Origin: a bacterium
Lineage (GTDB): Bacteria > Bacillota_I > Bacilli_A > RFN20 > CAG-826
Length of the DNA: 54,170 nt
Assembly: GCA_963593015.1 (NCBI GenBank)
Contig: CAVAYV010000063.1
Coordinates: 1 to 54,170 of the forward strand
Direction of reading: 5' to 3'
A model generated the notes under the pieces. The model was not told the DNA's origin. It saw only the letters and a program-made list of their open reading frames with translations, and made no database searches. Position 1 is the first letter of the stretch; every line of letters starts with the position of its first letter. Both the position numbers and the translations under genes were made by a program. Below are positions 30,474 through 40,244 of this stretch, piece by piece.

Positions 30474-30474
30474 A

Positions 30475-31383
30475 TCAATTCTCCTTTATTTGTTTTAAGA
30501 GCTCTTCAGTATCCTCTTTGGTTGCTAAATTCTCGGAGAACGCTGAAGCGCTGCCGCAGGCAATTCCTCTTTTGAATGCGGCATATAAGTTGGAACTTCG
30601 GACATATTCGTCTATAAATCCTGCAACTAGCGAATCGCCAGCCCCAACTGTATTCACGACTTTTCCTTTAGGGGATCTTAATAGATAATGGGTGTAATCT
30701 CTTGTTACAAGCAACGCCCCATCCCCTCCTAAGCTAACGATGACGTTTTTGGCGCCTAAATCTATTAGCTTTTTAGCTTCGATAACGAGTTCATCATCAT
30801 TACTTATCTTAGTGTGAAATAGTTCTTCCAATTCTTCTTTGTTTGGTTTTATGAGTAATGGATGATATTGCAATGTTTTTAGCAATGTGTCTTTGGTGGT
30901 GTCTATCACCAATGCGACATTTTCCTCTTTTATTCTTTCTAGGATTCTTTCATAGGTATCGCTTGGGAGACTATTAGGGATTGCCCCAGAGATAACTAGC
31001 AAATCCTTAGAGGTTAATTTGGATAATTTCTGAATCAGCTCTTCTATTTTGTCTTCAGTTACCTTAGGTCCTTGCCCGTTTATCGCGGTTTCTTGCATTC
31101 CCTTAATTTTAATGTTGATTCTAGTGTTTCCGTTTAAATGAACGAAATCAGTATCGATGTTCTTTTTAGAAAGCTCTTCTTCGATGTATTTGCCGATGAA
31201 ACCCCCAACAAATCCCATAGCCACTGATTTAGTGCCAAGATTAGCCAAAACTATTGAAACATTGATGCCTTTCCCACCAGGCAGAATAATCTCTTTTTGA
31301 GATCGATTAATCGCTCCAACCTCTAATTTTGGCAAATCAACGATGTAGTCCAAGGCTGGGGAAAAAGTTACGGTGTAAATCAT
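30475..31383 (-). CDS. fruK: 1-phosphofructokinase (PfkB family)
   Basis: 302 aa with the MIYTVT.SPALDY N-terminus and the GAGDS motif. It lies between fruR and fruA. Confidence 0.9.
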   Translation of the reverse strand: MIYTVTFSPALDYIVDLPKLEVGAINRSQKEIILPGGKGINVSIVLANLGTKSVAMGFVGGFIGKYIEEELSKKNIDTDFVHLNGNTRINIKIKGMQETAINGQGPKVTEDKIEELIQKLSKLTSKDLLVISGAIPNSLPSDTYERILERIKEENVALVIDTTKDTLLKTLQYHPLLIKPNKEELEELFHTKISNDDELVIEAKKLIDLGAKNVIVSLGGDGALLVTRDYTHYLLRSPKGKVVNTVGAGDSLVAGFIDEYVRSSNLYAAFKRGIACGSASAFSENLATKEDTEELLKQIKEN

Positions 31384-32129
31384 TTTTTAACCTCTAATAC
31401 GTTTTCTTTTCTATATTTGTCATTTAGGATTTTATCAGTAATCAAAGTCGCTTTTTCAAAAGGAGCGAATCTGACGCCTTGCTCTAAATCGAATTTGGAA
31501 GAATCAGCGAGAATATAGGCGTTCGCGCATCTATTTAAGGCATTTTCTTTCACGATTGCCTCTTCATAATCTGGAGTTGTGTATCCTTGATTCAAAGAAA
31601 CGCCATTCGCCCCGAAAAACCCTATATCAAAAGAGAACCTTTTTATCGTTTCCAGAGGGAAAGATCCGACAAAAGCATCTGTGCTTAATTTAATTTCACC
31701 ACCAGTGACGTAAACTTTGTATTTGCGTTTAGTCAGCTTTTGAGCGATGGTCATGGAATTGGTGACGAAAGTGTTTCCAACTGACGAAATATGGTCACAT
31801 AAAAAGGATGTAGAGGTTCCAGCATCGATATAAACCAGCATATTGTCCTTGATCAAAGATGAGGCAAACTTAGCGATATCAGTCTTTTCTTCGACGTTCA
31901 AAGAAAACTTTTCGTTCATATTTAATTCTAATAATGAAGCATTTCTTTTATTAAGTGATTTGGCCCCACCATGAAGACGAACGATTTTATTTTGCTTTTC
32001 TAAAAAAACCAAGTCACCACGGATCGTGGATTCGCTTGATGAGGTGGCATCCATAAGCTCATGCAATGAGACATATTCTTTGCTATCGACTAATTCTAGA
32101 ATCTTTTCTAATCTTAAATTACGTAACAT
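31380..32129 (-). CDS. fruR: DeoR-family transcriptional repressor of the fructose operon
   Basis: It has a DeoR HTH (SLHELMDATSSSESTIRGDL) followed by a sugar-phosphate sensor domain. I chose the ATG at 32129 (MLRNLRLEKILELV), because the longer track ORF to 32177 would start inside or upstream of the TATAAT box at 32163-32168. Confidence 0.85.
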   Translation of the reverse strand: MLRNLRLEKILELVDSKEYVSLHELMDATSSSESTIRGDLVFLEKQNKIVRLHGGAKSLNKRNASLLELNMNEKFSLNVEEKTDIAKFASSLIKDNMLVYIDAGTSTSFLCDHISSVGNTFVTNSMTIAQKLTKRKYKVYVTGGEIKLSTDAFVGSFPLETIKRFSFDIGFFGANGVSLNQGYTTPDYEEAIVKENALNRCANAYILADSSKFDLEQGVRFAPFEKATLITDKILNDKYRKENVLEVKK

Positions 32130-32180
32130 ATTTAACCTTTTTTCCATTATAAAAGCGCTTACATTATAAAACAACAACTT

Positions 32181-32210
32181 TCGTTATTTTTCATTATTTT
32201 TCATTATTTC
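32181..32210. repeat. 3 x 10-bp tandem repeat upstream of the fruR promoter
   Basis: The three units tcgttatttt / tcattatttt / tcattatttc are directly adjacent. Confidence 0.8.
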
Positions 32211-32242
32211 CTTTAGACATCCTTAAAATTAGATAAATTCAC

Positions 32243-32270
32243 AAAAAGAAAACCCCTTCTTTCGAAGGGG
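32243..32270 (-). terminator. intrinsic terminator after rplQ (end of the alpha operon)
   Basis: Minus strand CCCCTTC-GAAA-GAAGGGG is followed by TTTTCTTTTTG. Confidence 0.9.
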
Positions 32271-32287
32271 CGATCTTTTAGATCTGA

Positions 32288-32689
32288 TTAGTCAACCCAG
32301 CGGATTAATTCCACTTCGGCGTTGTCACCTTTGCGGTGTCCAAGTTTGAAGCTTTGGGTATATCCACCTTTGCGATCCTTGTATTTTGGGGCAATCTCGT
32401 TGAAAAGTTTGTTTAAAGCAGAAACTCCCTTTTCATCGCAGATGCCATTACGAAGGACGCTTGCGGCATGTCTACGAGCGGCAAGGTCGCCTCTTTTTCC
32501 AAGAGTGACCATGTGATCGGCCAATTTGATCAAATCAGCGGAAACGCCACTGGTAACTTTGACTTGTCCATGAACGATTAATTCGCTGACGACATTTCTA
32601 AGCATGGCTTGGTTCTTCGAACGGGTATAAGCCGCTTTGAAGCGAACGCCAGTTTTGCCATGCACGTTCTTTCTTCCTTGTGCTGCCAT
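32288..32689 (-). CDS. rplQ: 50S ribosomal protein L17 (bL17)
   Basis: 133 aa with the bL17 core (SKNQAMLRNVVSELIVHGQVKVT), following rpoA. Confidence 0.95.
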   Translation of the reverse strand: MAAQGRKNVHGKTGVRFKAAYTRSKNQAMLRNVVSELIVHGQVKVTSGVSADLIKLADHMVTLGKRGDLAARRHAASVLRNGICDEKGVSALNKLFNEIAPKYKDRKGGYTQSFKLGHRKGDNAEVELIRWVD

Positions 32690-32691
32690 TA

Positions 32692-33699
32692 TTATTCTCC
32701 TACGCTATCGCGGAAATGAAGCCCGATAGATGCAAGCTTCTCTTTCACTTCTTTAAGCGACTTCTTGCCTAAGTTACGAACCTTCATCATCTCATCTTCG
32801 CTCTTTTGGGTGAGTTCCATGACGGTGCTGATGCCAGCGCGTTTTAAGCAGTTGTTGCTACGAACAGATAAATCGAGTTCTTCGATCATCATGTCTTGGA
32901 ATTTATTCTCTTCGCTGTGGCTTTCTTCCTTCACGAGTTTGAAATCTTTAACTTTTTCTTCAAGTTTGGTGAATTCATTGAAATGGGCGATGAGAAGCTG
33001 AGAAGCCATAGCCACGGCTTGGTAAGGTTTAATCGAACCATTGGTGGTGACTTCTAAAGTTAATTTGTCGAATTTGGAATCGTGCTCAACACGGGTTGGT
33101 TCAACGCTATAGGCAACTTTGACCACTGGGCTATAGTTGCTGTCGGTTGGAATAACGCCGATTTGAGTGATTTTCTTTTCAATCTTATTAGCTTCGCCAG
33201 TGGAGTAGCCTCTACCGGTTCCGGCATAGATTGTCATTTTGATATGTCCACGTTCGTTTAAGTGGGCAATCTCTAAATCAGGATTGACGACTTCGACTAA
33301 GGCTGGAAGGTCTAAATCCGAAGCCTTTAAGACGCCTGGGCCTTTGAAATCAACAGTTAAGCGTTTGGTATCTGAAGAGTTGTCAGTGACTTTGAGAACG
33401 AGGTCCTTAAGGTTAAGGACGATCGCCGTAACATCTTCTTCGACGCCTTCGATAGCGCTGAACTCATGACGGACGCCTTCGATTTCGACCGCGAAGACAG
33501 AAGCTCCTGGAAGGGCGCTTAGTAAAACGCGGCGTAAGGCATTGCCTAATGTGAGTCCGAATCCGCGTTCAAGCGGAGAGACGATGAAGCGAGAGTAATG
33601 ATTAGCCTCATCATCGCCATCGACTTTGATTACGAATGGTTGGAAAGGGTCCGGCAAGCGGAGCTCTTCGGCGGCGATTTCGCTATTGGTGTTAGCCAT
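32692..33699 (-). CDS. rpoA: DNA-directed RNA polymerase subunit alpha
   Basis: 335 aa with an N-terminal domain (GFGLTLGNALRRVLLS) and a C-terminal domain (LDLSVRSNNCLKRAGI). Confidence 0.97.
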   Translation of the reverse strand: MANTNSEIAAEELRLPDPFQPFVIKVDGDDEANHYSRFIVSPLERGFGLTLGNALRRVLLSALPGASVFAVEIEGVRHEFSAIEGVEEDVTAIVLNLKDLVLKVTDNSSDTKRLTVDFKGPGVLKASDLDLPALVEVVNPDLEIAHLNERGHIKMTIYAGTGRGYSTGEANKIEKKITQIGVIPTDSNYSPVVKVAYSVEPTRVEHDSKFDKLTLEVTTNGSIKPYQAVAMASQLLIAHFNEFTKLEEKVKDFKLVKEESHSEENKFQDMMIEELDLSVRSNNCLKRAGISTVMELTQKSEDEMMKVRNLGKKSLKEVKEKLASIGLHFRDSVGE

Positions 33700-33764
33700 T
33701 ATTTATTATGCCTCCTATAAATGACTGATACGATTCAATTCCCTTAACGGGTAAGTCCAGCAAA

Positions 33765-34172
33765 CTAGCCTCTTGGGCGTTTTGGAGGACGGCAGCCGTT
33801 ATGTGGGATTGGGGTTGTATCGGAGATGGAGAGAATTTGAAGTCCGCAAGTGCCTAAAGCACGGACGGCGCTTTCTCTGCCTGGGCCTGGGCCCTTAACG
33901 TCAACATCAATTTGACGTAAGCCTTGATCATAAGCGCTCTTGCCAGCGGTTTGAGCGGCTAATTGAGCGGCGAATGGGGTACTCTTTTTAGCACCTTTGT
34001 AGCCAAGGGCACCGGCACTGCTCCAAGCAATGACATTGCCTTGGGTATCAGAGATGGTGACGATGGTGTTATTGAAGGTGGAGTGGATGTGAGCAACACC
34101 ATGGGTAAAGTTGCGCTTTACTTTTTTCTTACGAGCGGTGGTAGTTTTTTTACCAGTTTTCTTGTCTGCCAT
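33765..34172 (-). CDS. rpsK: 30S ribosomal protein S11 (uS11)
   Basis: 135 aa that reads as uS11 ([18 protein letters not shown]). Confidence 0.97.
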   Translation of the reverse strand: MADKKTGKKTTTARKKKVKRNFTHGVAHIHSTFNNTIVTISDTQGNVIAWSSAGALGYKGAKKSTPFAAQLAAQTAGKSAYDQGLRQIDVDVKGPGPGRESAVRALGTCGLQILSISDTTPIPHNGCRPPKRPRG

Positions 34173-34193
34173 AATTGCTATCTACTCCTTTCC

Positions 34194-34568
34194 TTATTTA
34201 GTCGCTTCTTTCTTGTTAGCGATGGTCTTTCTCTTACCTTTGCGGGTACGAGCATTGGTTTTGGTGCGTTGTCCACGGACTGGAAGGCCTCTCTTGTGGC
34301 GAATTCCACGGTAGCAACCGATTTCTTGAAGGCGTTTGATATTCATCGCGACTTCACGACGTAAATCACCTTCGGTTTTGTATTTGGCGACTTCACTACG
34401 AAGGGCGGTTAATTGCTCATCGGTGAGGTTTTTGACGCGGATGTCTTCAGAGACATTGGCCGCTTCACAGATTTTTTTAGCAGTCGTGTTACCGATACCG
34501 TAAATATAGGTAAGGGAGATAACGACGCGTTTCTCATTAGGGACATCAACCCCGACAATACGTGCCAT
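34194..34568 (-). CDS. rpsM: 30S ribosomal protein S13 (uS13)
   Basis: 124 aa with the [11 protein letters not shown]-terminus. Confidence 0.97.
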   Translation of the reverse strand: MARIVGVDVPNEKRVVISLTYIYGIGNTTAKKICEAANVSEDIRVKNLTDEQLTALRSEVAKYKTEGDLRREVAMNIKRLQEIGCYRGIRHKRGLPVRGQRTKTNARTRKGKRKTIANKKEATK

Positions 34569-34589
34569 AGTTTACTATAGTTCCTTTCA

Positions 34590-34703
34590 TTAGCCCTGTC
34601 TTTGCTTGTGCTTTGGATTTGGGCAGATGCACATAACGACGCCGTGCCGGCGGATGATCTTGCATTTATCGCAGATCGGTTTGACGCTTGGTCTCACTTT
34701 CAT
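34590..34703 (-). CDS. rpmJ: 50S ribosomal protein L36 (bL36)
   Basis: Not in the ORF track. My hand translation gives [37 protein letters not shown], 37 aa. Confidence 0.92.
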   Translation of the reverse strand: MKVRPSVKPICDKCKIIRRHGVVMCICPNPKHKQRQG

Positions 34704-34726
34704 AATGTGTTACTCCTTTTCTAGTT

Positions 34727-34948
34727 TTAGTTCTTGAATCGGAACGTGATACGCCCGCGTGTTAAATCATAAGGCGAGAATTGCACGGTAACCCTATCGC
34801 CGGGGAGAATGCGGATGTAATGCATCCGGATTTTGCCCGAAACGCAGGCCTGGACTACCGCTCCATTGGCAAGTTTCACCTTGAAGTTGGCATTGGGTAA
34901 GCACTCCAATACCGTAGCTTCCATTTCTAGACATTCTTCTTTAGCCAA
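34727..34948 (-). CDS. infA: translation initiation factor IF-1
   Basis: 73 aa that reads as the IF-1 S1-fold. The start codon is TTG, 8 nt after an AAAGGAG RBS. Confidence 0.93.
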   Translation of the reverse strand: MAKEECLEMEATVLECLPNANFKVKLANGAVVQACVSGKIRMHYIRILPGDRVTVQFSPYDLTRGRITFRFKN

Positions 34949-34952
34949 GTGA

Positions 34953-35714
34953 TTAGCTCCTTTCTGGCTTCATCGTGAGGATCTCATAGCCATCATTTGT
35001 AACAACTATCGTGTTCTCATAATGCGCACTGTATTTCCCATCCTTAGTCACAGTCGTCCAACCATCGCCTAAGGTTCTAAGCTTTGGTTTTCCTTCCATG
35101 ACCATCGGTTCGATTGCTAAGGTCATCCCCTCGCAAAGAATTGGGCCAGTCCCCGCCACCCCGAAATCCGGAATGTAGGGATCTTCATGCATCTCTTTGC
35201 CAATTCCGTGCCCCGTGAATTCGAATGGCACTGAATAGCCAGCTTTTTTGCAGGTTTCTTCAATGGCGTGAGAGATATCACCTAGATGAACTCCAGGTTT
35301 GACTAGTTTCACCGCGTTATAGAAGCTTTCTTCGGTCACTTTGACTAAGGTCTTTAAGTGTTCAGGGACAATCCCCACCAAATAAGTTCTACAAGCATCG
35401 GCGCAATAACCATTTTTGCGAACCACGATATCGAGGCTCACAATGTCACCGTCTTTTAAGATTTTCTTTGGGCTAGGGATTCCGTGCAATAGGACTTCGT
35501 TCACCGAGGCGCAAATCGCGCCCGGGTAACCATAATACCCTTTTTCCGCACTTTCTCCGCCGCCAAGTTTCATAACCTCTTCAGCGCGGTCGTTGATTTC
35601 TTGCGTTGATACGCCTGGACGACACATCGGTCCAATGGCATCGAAGACATCGGCTAGCAGATGTCCCGCTTCTCGCATCAAAGCGATTTCGCGAGGTGAT
35701 TTGATGATGATCAT
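34953..35714 (-). CDS. map: type I methionine aminopeptidase
   Basis: 253 aa with metal-ligand motifs (DIVSLD, GHGIG, LAIEP). Confidence 0.94.
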   Translation of the reverse strand: MIIIKSPREIALMREAGHLLADVFDAIGPMCRPGVSTQEINDRAEEVMKLGGGESAEKGYYGYPGAICASVNEVLLHGIPSPKKILKDGDIVSLDIVVRKNGYCADACRTYLVGIVPEHLKTLVKVTEESFYNAVKLVKPGVHLGDISHAIEETCKKAGYSVPFEFTGHGIGKEMHEDPYIPDFGVAGTGPILCEGMTLAIEPMVMEGKPKLRTLGDGWTTVTKDGKYSAHYENTIVVTNDGYEILTMKPERS

Positions 35715-36361
35715 TTGCTAGCGAGGAATTCTTGCAATTCCTTCTTGAGTCTAGAAGCTCCGAGTGTTCCATCGAAGTCTTTCAATAAGCCTTCATTTTG
35801 ATAATAATCAAGTAATGGGGCTGTGCTCTTGTAATAGTTTTCTAAGCGAACTTTGAAGCTTTCTTCATTATCGTCTTTACGTTGAATGAGCTCGGCTCCG
35901 CAATAGTCGCAAATTCCATCTTTTTGAGGTTTCATTGTAACCACATTGAAGGAAGCGCCACATTTCGGGCAAACTCTGCGCGTGCAGACTCTAGTGATTA
36001 AAACTTCGTCTGGACAAGAGATGTTGATGGCGAGATTTGGCTCACGACCAATTTCTTTGCCCATGACTTTCAAAGTTTCAGCTTGTGCTAAGGTGCGTGG
36101 GAAGCCATCGAGAAGATAGCCATTCTCGCAGTCTTTGCGGGAAAGTCTCTCTTTCACGAGGGCGCAGGTGAGTTCATCGCTCACAAGGTCCCCGCGATTG
36201 ATTACTTCTTTGACCTTATTCCCAAGTTCACTCCCGCTGGCCATAGCCTCGCGGAACATGTCGCCTGTAGAAATGTGAGGGATCTTCAAATCGGATTCCA
36301 TCCATTTCGCGTGGGTTCCTTTTCCCGCTCCTGGCGGGCCCATGAGAATGATATTGAGCAT
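35711..36361 (-). CDS. adk: adenylate kinase (zinc-lid type)
   Basis: 216 aa with the GPPGAGKGT P-loop and a CPKCG...CDYCG lid. Confidence 0.96.
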   Translation of the reverse strand: MLNIILMGPPGAGKGTHAKWMESDLKIPHISTGDMFREAMASGSELGNKVKEVINRGDLVSDELTCALVKERLSRKDCENGYLLDGFPRTLAQAETLKVMGKEIGREPNLAINISCPDEVLITRVCTRRVCPKCGASFNVVTMKPQKDGICDYCGAELIQRKDDNEESFKVRLENYYKSTAPLLDYYQNEGLLKDFDGTLGASRLKKELQEFLASK

Positions 36362-36364
36362 AAG

Positions 36365-37714
36365 TTACATCTCCTTAACAGTGTCGAAACTCTTACCGGC
36401 AAGTAAGCCGTCGATCTGGGCGTTAATTTCTAACGCGACGCCGACGATGATGATGAGGCCAGTACCGCCGATGGCAAGAGTTGTATCGCCATCGAAGATA
36501 TCGGTCAGCGTTAAGATAATTGGAAGGGCGGCGATAGCTGCAAGAGCGAATGCTCCGATGAAGGTAACGCGATTCAATACCTTTCCAACATAACGTTCAG
36601 TTTCTTTTCCTGGTCTTACACCAGGGATATACGCACCAGACTTTTGGAAATTATCCGCCAGTTTCTCTGGGTCGATTTGCATCTCCGAGTAGAAGAAGGT
36701 GAATAAGATGATCAAGGCTATGTAGATTACTAAGCCCCAGTCCATCTTCCAGTGCGTTCCGTTAAACCACGGCATCGAGAAGGTCTGATTATAATTGAAG
36801 ATCTTCAGCCATTCAGCGTTAGCGGCATCTGAAGAGATGAAGCTAGCGATGACGCTTGGCGCAGCCATTAATGAGGAAGCGAAGATGACAGGAATGACGC
36901 CAGCGCTATTGATCTTGATTGGCAAGAAGCTCGCGCGAGCCATTGATTGTCCGCCACCCTTATTGGCGTGCTGTACTGGGATTTTGCGGCGTGATAGCTC
37001 AATGAATACGACTAAGGCCGTAATCAAGACCATCATGATGATATACAGAGCGAATTGGAAGCTTCCTTTGATCATCTCGCCAGAGCTGCGGCTTGTGTTA
37101 TCCACAATCCACTTGCTCCAAGCGGTGCTGATTTGGGTCGGTAAGCTTCTGACACACCCTGCGAAGATAATGACAGAAATTCCGTTTCCTAAGCCTTTCT
37201 CGGTGATTTGATCGCCAAGCCACATCGTAAGCATCGCTCCCGCTAAGAGAACGGTGACAATGTAGGCGTAGGTCCAGAAGTTCTTATCCATTGTAATCGA
37301 GAGATAGGAACTGTTTTCCATCGTGCGGATGATACCATACCCTTGGACTGCGCCAAGAAGTAAGGTCAAGTAACGCGTGGCTTGTTCCTTTTTCTTGCGC
37401 CCATACTCCCCTTGCTTAGATAGTTCGGTGAGCGCCGGAAGAACGTCTTTAGAAAGAAGTTCTACGATGATCTGGGCGGTAATATACGGGCTGACGCCAA
37501 GTGCGAACACGGAGAAGTTGCTAAGTGCGCCTCCACCGAGAAGATCCATGATGGCAAGGGCAGAGCCGCTGCTCATCATGTTATCCATATTCGATGTGTC
37601 TACGCCCGGGACATGAATAGCCGCCCCGATCCGGATGACAAAGAGAACCATGATCGTAAAGAAAATACGATTCACGATTTCTTTGTTTTTGAAGATCGAG
37701 ACGAACTTTTTCAT
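36365..37714 (-). CDS. secY: preprotein translocase subunit SecY
   Basis: 449 aa that reads as a polytopic SecY protein, in the spc operon position. Confidence 0.96.
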   Translation of the reverse strand: MKKFVSIFKNKEIVNRIFFTIMVLFVIRIGAAIHVPGVDTSNMDNMMSSGSALAIMDLLGGGALSNFSVFALGVSPYITAQIIVELLSKDVLPALTELSKQGEYGRKKKEQATRYLTLLLGAVQGYGIIRTMENSSYLSITMDKNFWTYAYIVTVLLAGAMLTMWLGDQITEKGLGNGISVIIFAGCVRSLPTQISTAWSKWIVDNTSRSSGEMIKGSFQFALYIIMMVLITALVVFIELSRRKIPVQHANKGGGQSMARASFLPIKINSAGVIPVIFASSLMAAPSVIASFISSDAANAEWLKIFNYNQTFSMPWFNGTHWKMDWGLVIYIALIILFTFFYSEMQIDPEKLADNFQKSGAYIPGVRPGKETERYVGKVLNRVTFIGAFALAAIAALPIILTLTDIFDGDTTLAIGGTGLIIIVGVALEINAQIDGLLAGKSFDTVKEM

Positions 37715-38160
37715 TACTCCGTTACCTCAGCTGTTCCGCCAACCTTTTCGATGGCTGCTTTTGCCGACGCAGAGAAAGCGTCAGCTTTGACGGTGAGCTT
37801 TTTGGTGAGCTCGCCTTTGCCTAGGATTTTAACACCATAAGGGGCTTTCTTCACTAATCCTTTTTCGATCAATGATTCAATGGTGACGACGCTGCCATTA
37901 TCAAAAGCCTCAAGAGACTTAAGATTGACAATCGCGTATTCCTTGCGGGCGCCATTGCGGAAGCCGAACTTTGGAATGCGACGGTTGATTGGCATTTGTC
38001 CACCTTCGAAGCCATTCTTCTTGGTGTGGGCGTGAGCGCCTTGGCCTTTTTGGCCTTTGCCAGCGGTTTTGCCGTTGCCAGTGCCACGTCCTTGGCCTTT
38101 ACGGAAGTGTTCGAATTTGGAACCTTCGACCACTTTGATATCACTTAATGAAGTTGCCAT
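37714..38160 (-). CDS. rplO: 50S ribosomal protein L15 (uL15)
   Basis: 148 aa with the GRGTGNGKTAGKGQKGQ motif. Its start overlaps the rpsE stop by 1 nt (TAATG). Confidence 0.96.
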   Translation of the reverse strand: MATSLSDIKVVEGSKFEHFRKGQGRGTGNGKTAGKGQKGQGAHAHTKKNGFEGGQMPINRRIPKFGFRNGARKEYAIVNLKSLEAFDNGSVVTIESLIEKGLVKKAPYGVKILGKGELTKKLTVKADAFSASAKAAIEKVGGTAEVTE

Positions 38161-38882
38161 TATTTGTTTCCTCCGGCTTTTGGAGCTTTAGAATTGCGAG
38201 AGGCTTTGATTTCTTCTGGGGTCTTTAAGCCGCGGAGAACCATAACCTTGTCGTATTCTTTGAGTTGTTGGAGAGCGTCGCTGGTCGCACGGACAACGTT
38301 GATTGGGGTGCGGGAGCCATAGACCTTGCTCCAAACGTTCTTGATGCCGCAGAGTTCCACGACAGCGCGGACGGCGCCGCCAGCAACGATACCGGTGCCA
38401 GCTGGAGCTGGTTTTAGGTAAACGGTGGTATCAGCGTATTTGCCTTTGACTTCGTGAGCGATGGTACCCTTCACAATTCTCATGTGCTTGATATCTTTTT
38501 TCGCCGCGGTTAAGGCCTTTTTGATGGCATCCGGCACTTCGCCAGATTTGCGAAGAGCGAAACCATATTTTCCTTTTCCATCGCCGACGACGACAAGGGC
38601 GTCAAAACGCATGTGCTTCCCGCCTTGTTCGGTGCGGGAGATACGGTTGATGTTAACGACTCTGTCAGTGTATTCATCATCGACTGGGCGACGGAATCCG
38701 CCACGTCCGCCACGTCTTTCGCCTGGACGGCCTTTGCGGTCACCGAATTTGCGATCGCCTGGACGGCCAGCGCTTAAGGAGCCATGAGGTTCATATTGTG
38801 GGTTTCCAGTGTGATGAGCTTTGTTTGTGCTCTCTTCTTTTTGGGCTTCAGGAGCTGAAGCAACAACTTTATTTTCTTCCAT
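38160..38882 (-). CDS. rpsE: 30S ribosomal protein S5 (uS5) with a roughly 68-aa N-terminal extension
   Basis: 240 aa. The uS5 core starts near DRVVNINRISRTEQGGKHMRFDALVVVGDG. It is preceded by an Arg/Gly/Pro-rich segment (GRPGDRKFGDRKGRPGERRGGRGGFRRP). A TAAGGAG RBS lies upstream, and I see no alternative in-frame start near the core. Confidence 0.93.
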   Translation of the reverse strand: MEENKVVASAPEAQKEESTNKAHHTGNPQYEPHGSLSAGRPGDRKFGDRKGRPGERRGGRGGFRRPVDDEYTDRVVNINRISRTEQGGKHMRFDALVVVGDGKGKYGFALRKSGEVPDAIKKALTAAKKDIKHMRIVKGTIAHEVKGKYADTTVYLKPAPAGTGIVAGGAVRAVVELCGIKNVWSKVYGSRTPINVVRATSDALQQLKEYDKVMVLRGLKTPEEIKASRNSKAPKAGGNK

Positions 38883-38896
38883 AGTTAGCTAACTCC

Positions 38897-39253
38897 TTAG
38901 AATTGGAGCCCTCCTTCTCTTGCGGCATCGGCTAAGGCAGCGACACGGCCATGATAGTCGTATCCGCCACGATCGAAGACCACTTCAGTGATTTTCTTGG
39001 CTTTGGCCTTTTTCGCAAGGTCAGCACCAACGGTTTTCGCACCTTCGATGTTTCCACCGTTAGTCAATTTGAGAGAGACGGAACTGCTTGAAGCAAGGGT
39101 GACGCCTTTGACGTCATCGATGATTTGAGCTTCAATGTTTTTATTGCTGCGGAAGACAACAAGGCGTGGCTTGCTAGCGGTGCCTTTGACCTTTTGACGA
39201 ACGCGGGCGTGTCTACGCTCACGAACGCTATTACGAGATTCTTTTTCGATCAT
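38897..39253 (-). CDS. rplR: 50S ribosomal protein L18 (uL18)
   Basis: 118 aa that reads as uL18. Confidence 0.96.
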   Translation of the reverse strand: MIEKESRNSVRERRHARVRQKVKGTASKPRLVVFRSNKNIEAQIIDDVKGVTLASSSSVSLKLTNGGNIEGAKTVGADLAKKAKAKKITEVVFDRGGYDYHGRVAALADAAREGGLQF

Positions 39254-39267
39254 AGGTTAGTCCTCCA

Positions 39268-39813
39268 TTATTTCTTGCCAGAAGCGGCAGCGCGCTTACC
39301 GACTTTCTTGATAAGGTGTTGTCCTTTATAGTGAACACCCTTTTGTCCGTAGACGTCTGGACGATGGCTGTCATAGATGTGAGCAGCAGTTTGTCCGACT
39401 TGTTGTTTGTCAACGCCTTCAACGGTGATATGGGTTTCATCTGGGCAAGTGATCTTGGTATATTTCCCGATTGGGGCAACCACGATATCGTGGCTATAGC
39501 CTAAGAACATCTTGACGCTTCCATTAACGATGGAGGCACGGTAACCAGTACCGTTGAGCTCAAGCTCTTTCTTGAAGCCTTCGGTGACACCTTTGATGGC
39601 GTTGGTGATCAACGCAGCGATGGTGCCTTGGCTTGGGGTTGGTTCAGCTTTCGCTTTGAATGTAAACTGTCCATCAGCCAAAGAGACGCTCACGTCCGCA
39701 GGAATGTGGACGTTTACTTCGCCTTTAGGGCCTTTAACGATGACACAGTCCCCGTCGAGATGGGCTTCCACTCCGGCAGGAAGAGCGACGGGTTTAAATC
39801 CGATTCTACTCAT
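39268..39813 (-). CDS. rplF: 50S ribosomal protein L6 (uL6)
   Basis: 181 aa with the MSRIGFKPV N-terminus. Confidence 0.96.
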   Translation of the reverse strand: MSRIGFKPVALPAGVEAHLDGDCVIVKGPKGEVNVHIPADVSVSLADGQFTFKAKAEPTPSQGTIAALITNAIKGVTEGFKKELELNGTGYRASIVNGSVKMFLGYSHDIVVAPIGKYTKITCPDETHITVEGVDKQQVGQTAAHIYDSHRPDVYGQKGVHYKGQHLIKKVGKRAAASGKK

Positions 39814-39830
39814 TGTTATTTCTCCTTAAA

Positions 39831-40226
39831 TTACCAGACGTAGCAAATGACTTCGCCACCGATGTGGGCTTTTCTAGCAGCCTTGTCGGTCATAAGTCCT
39901 TGGCTAGTCGAGATGATGGCGATGCCAAGCCCAGAGAGGACTCTAGGAAGTTTGGCGGCTTCGACAGTGACGCGGAGACCAGGTTTGCTGATTCTCTTTA
40001 AATTGGTAATAACCTTTTCGCCGTTTGGGCCATATTTTAAGGTGAGGTTCAAGGTTTTCTTGACGCCTTCGCCTTCGACACTGTATTCGCTGATATAACC
40101 TTCATTTTTGAGGATTTCAGCAATCTTTTCTTTGATTTTGCTATTCGGCATGGAGACACTCTCATAGCGTAATGCATTAGCGTTACGGATACGGGTGAGC
40201 ATGTCGGCGATTGGATCTGCGTTCAT
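39831..40226 (-). CDS. rpsH: 30S ribosomal protein S8 (uS8)
   Basis: 131 aa with [13 protein letters not shown]. Confidence 0.97.
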   Translation of the reverse strand: MNADPIADMLTRIRNANALRYESVSMPNSKIKEKIAEILKNEGYISEYSVEGEGVKKTLNLTLKYGPNGEKVITNLKRISKPGLRVTVEAAKLPRVLSGLGIAIISTSQGLMTDKAARKAHIGGEVICYVW

Positions 40227-40244
40227 GTTAGTGTTCTCCTTTCA

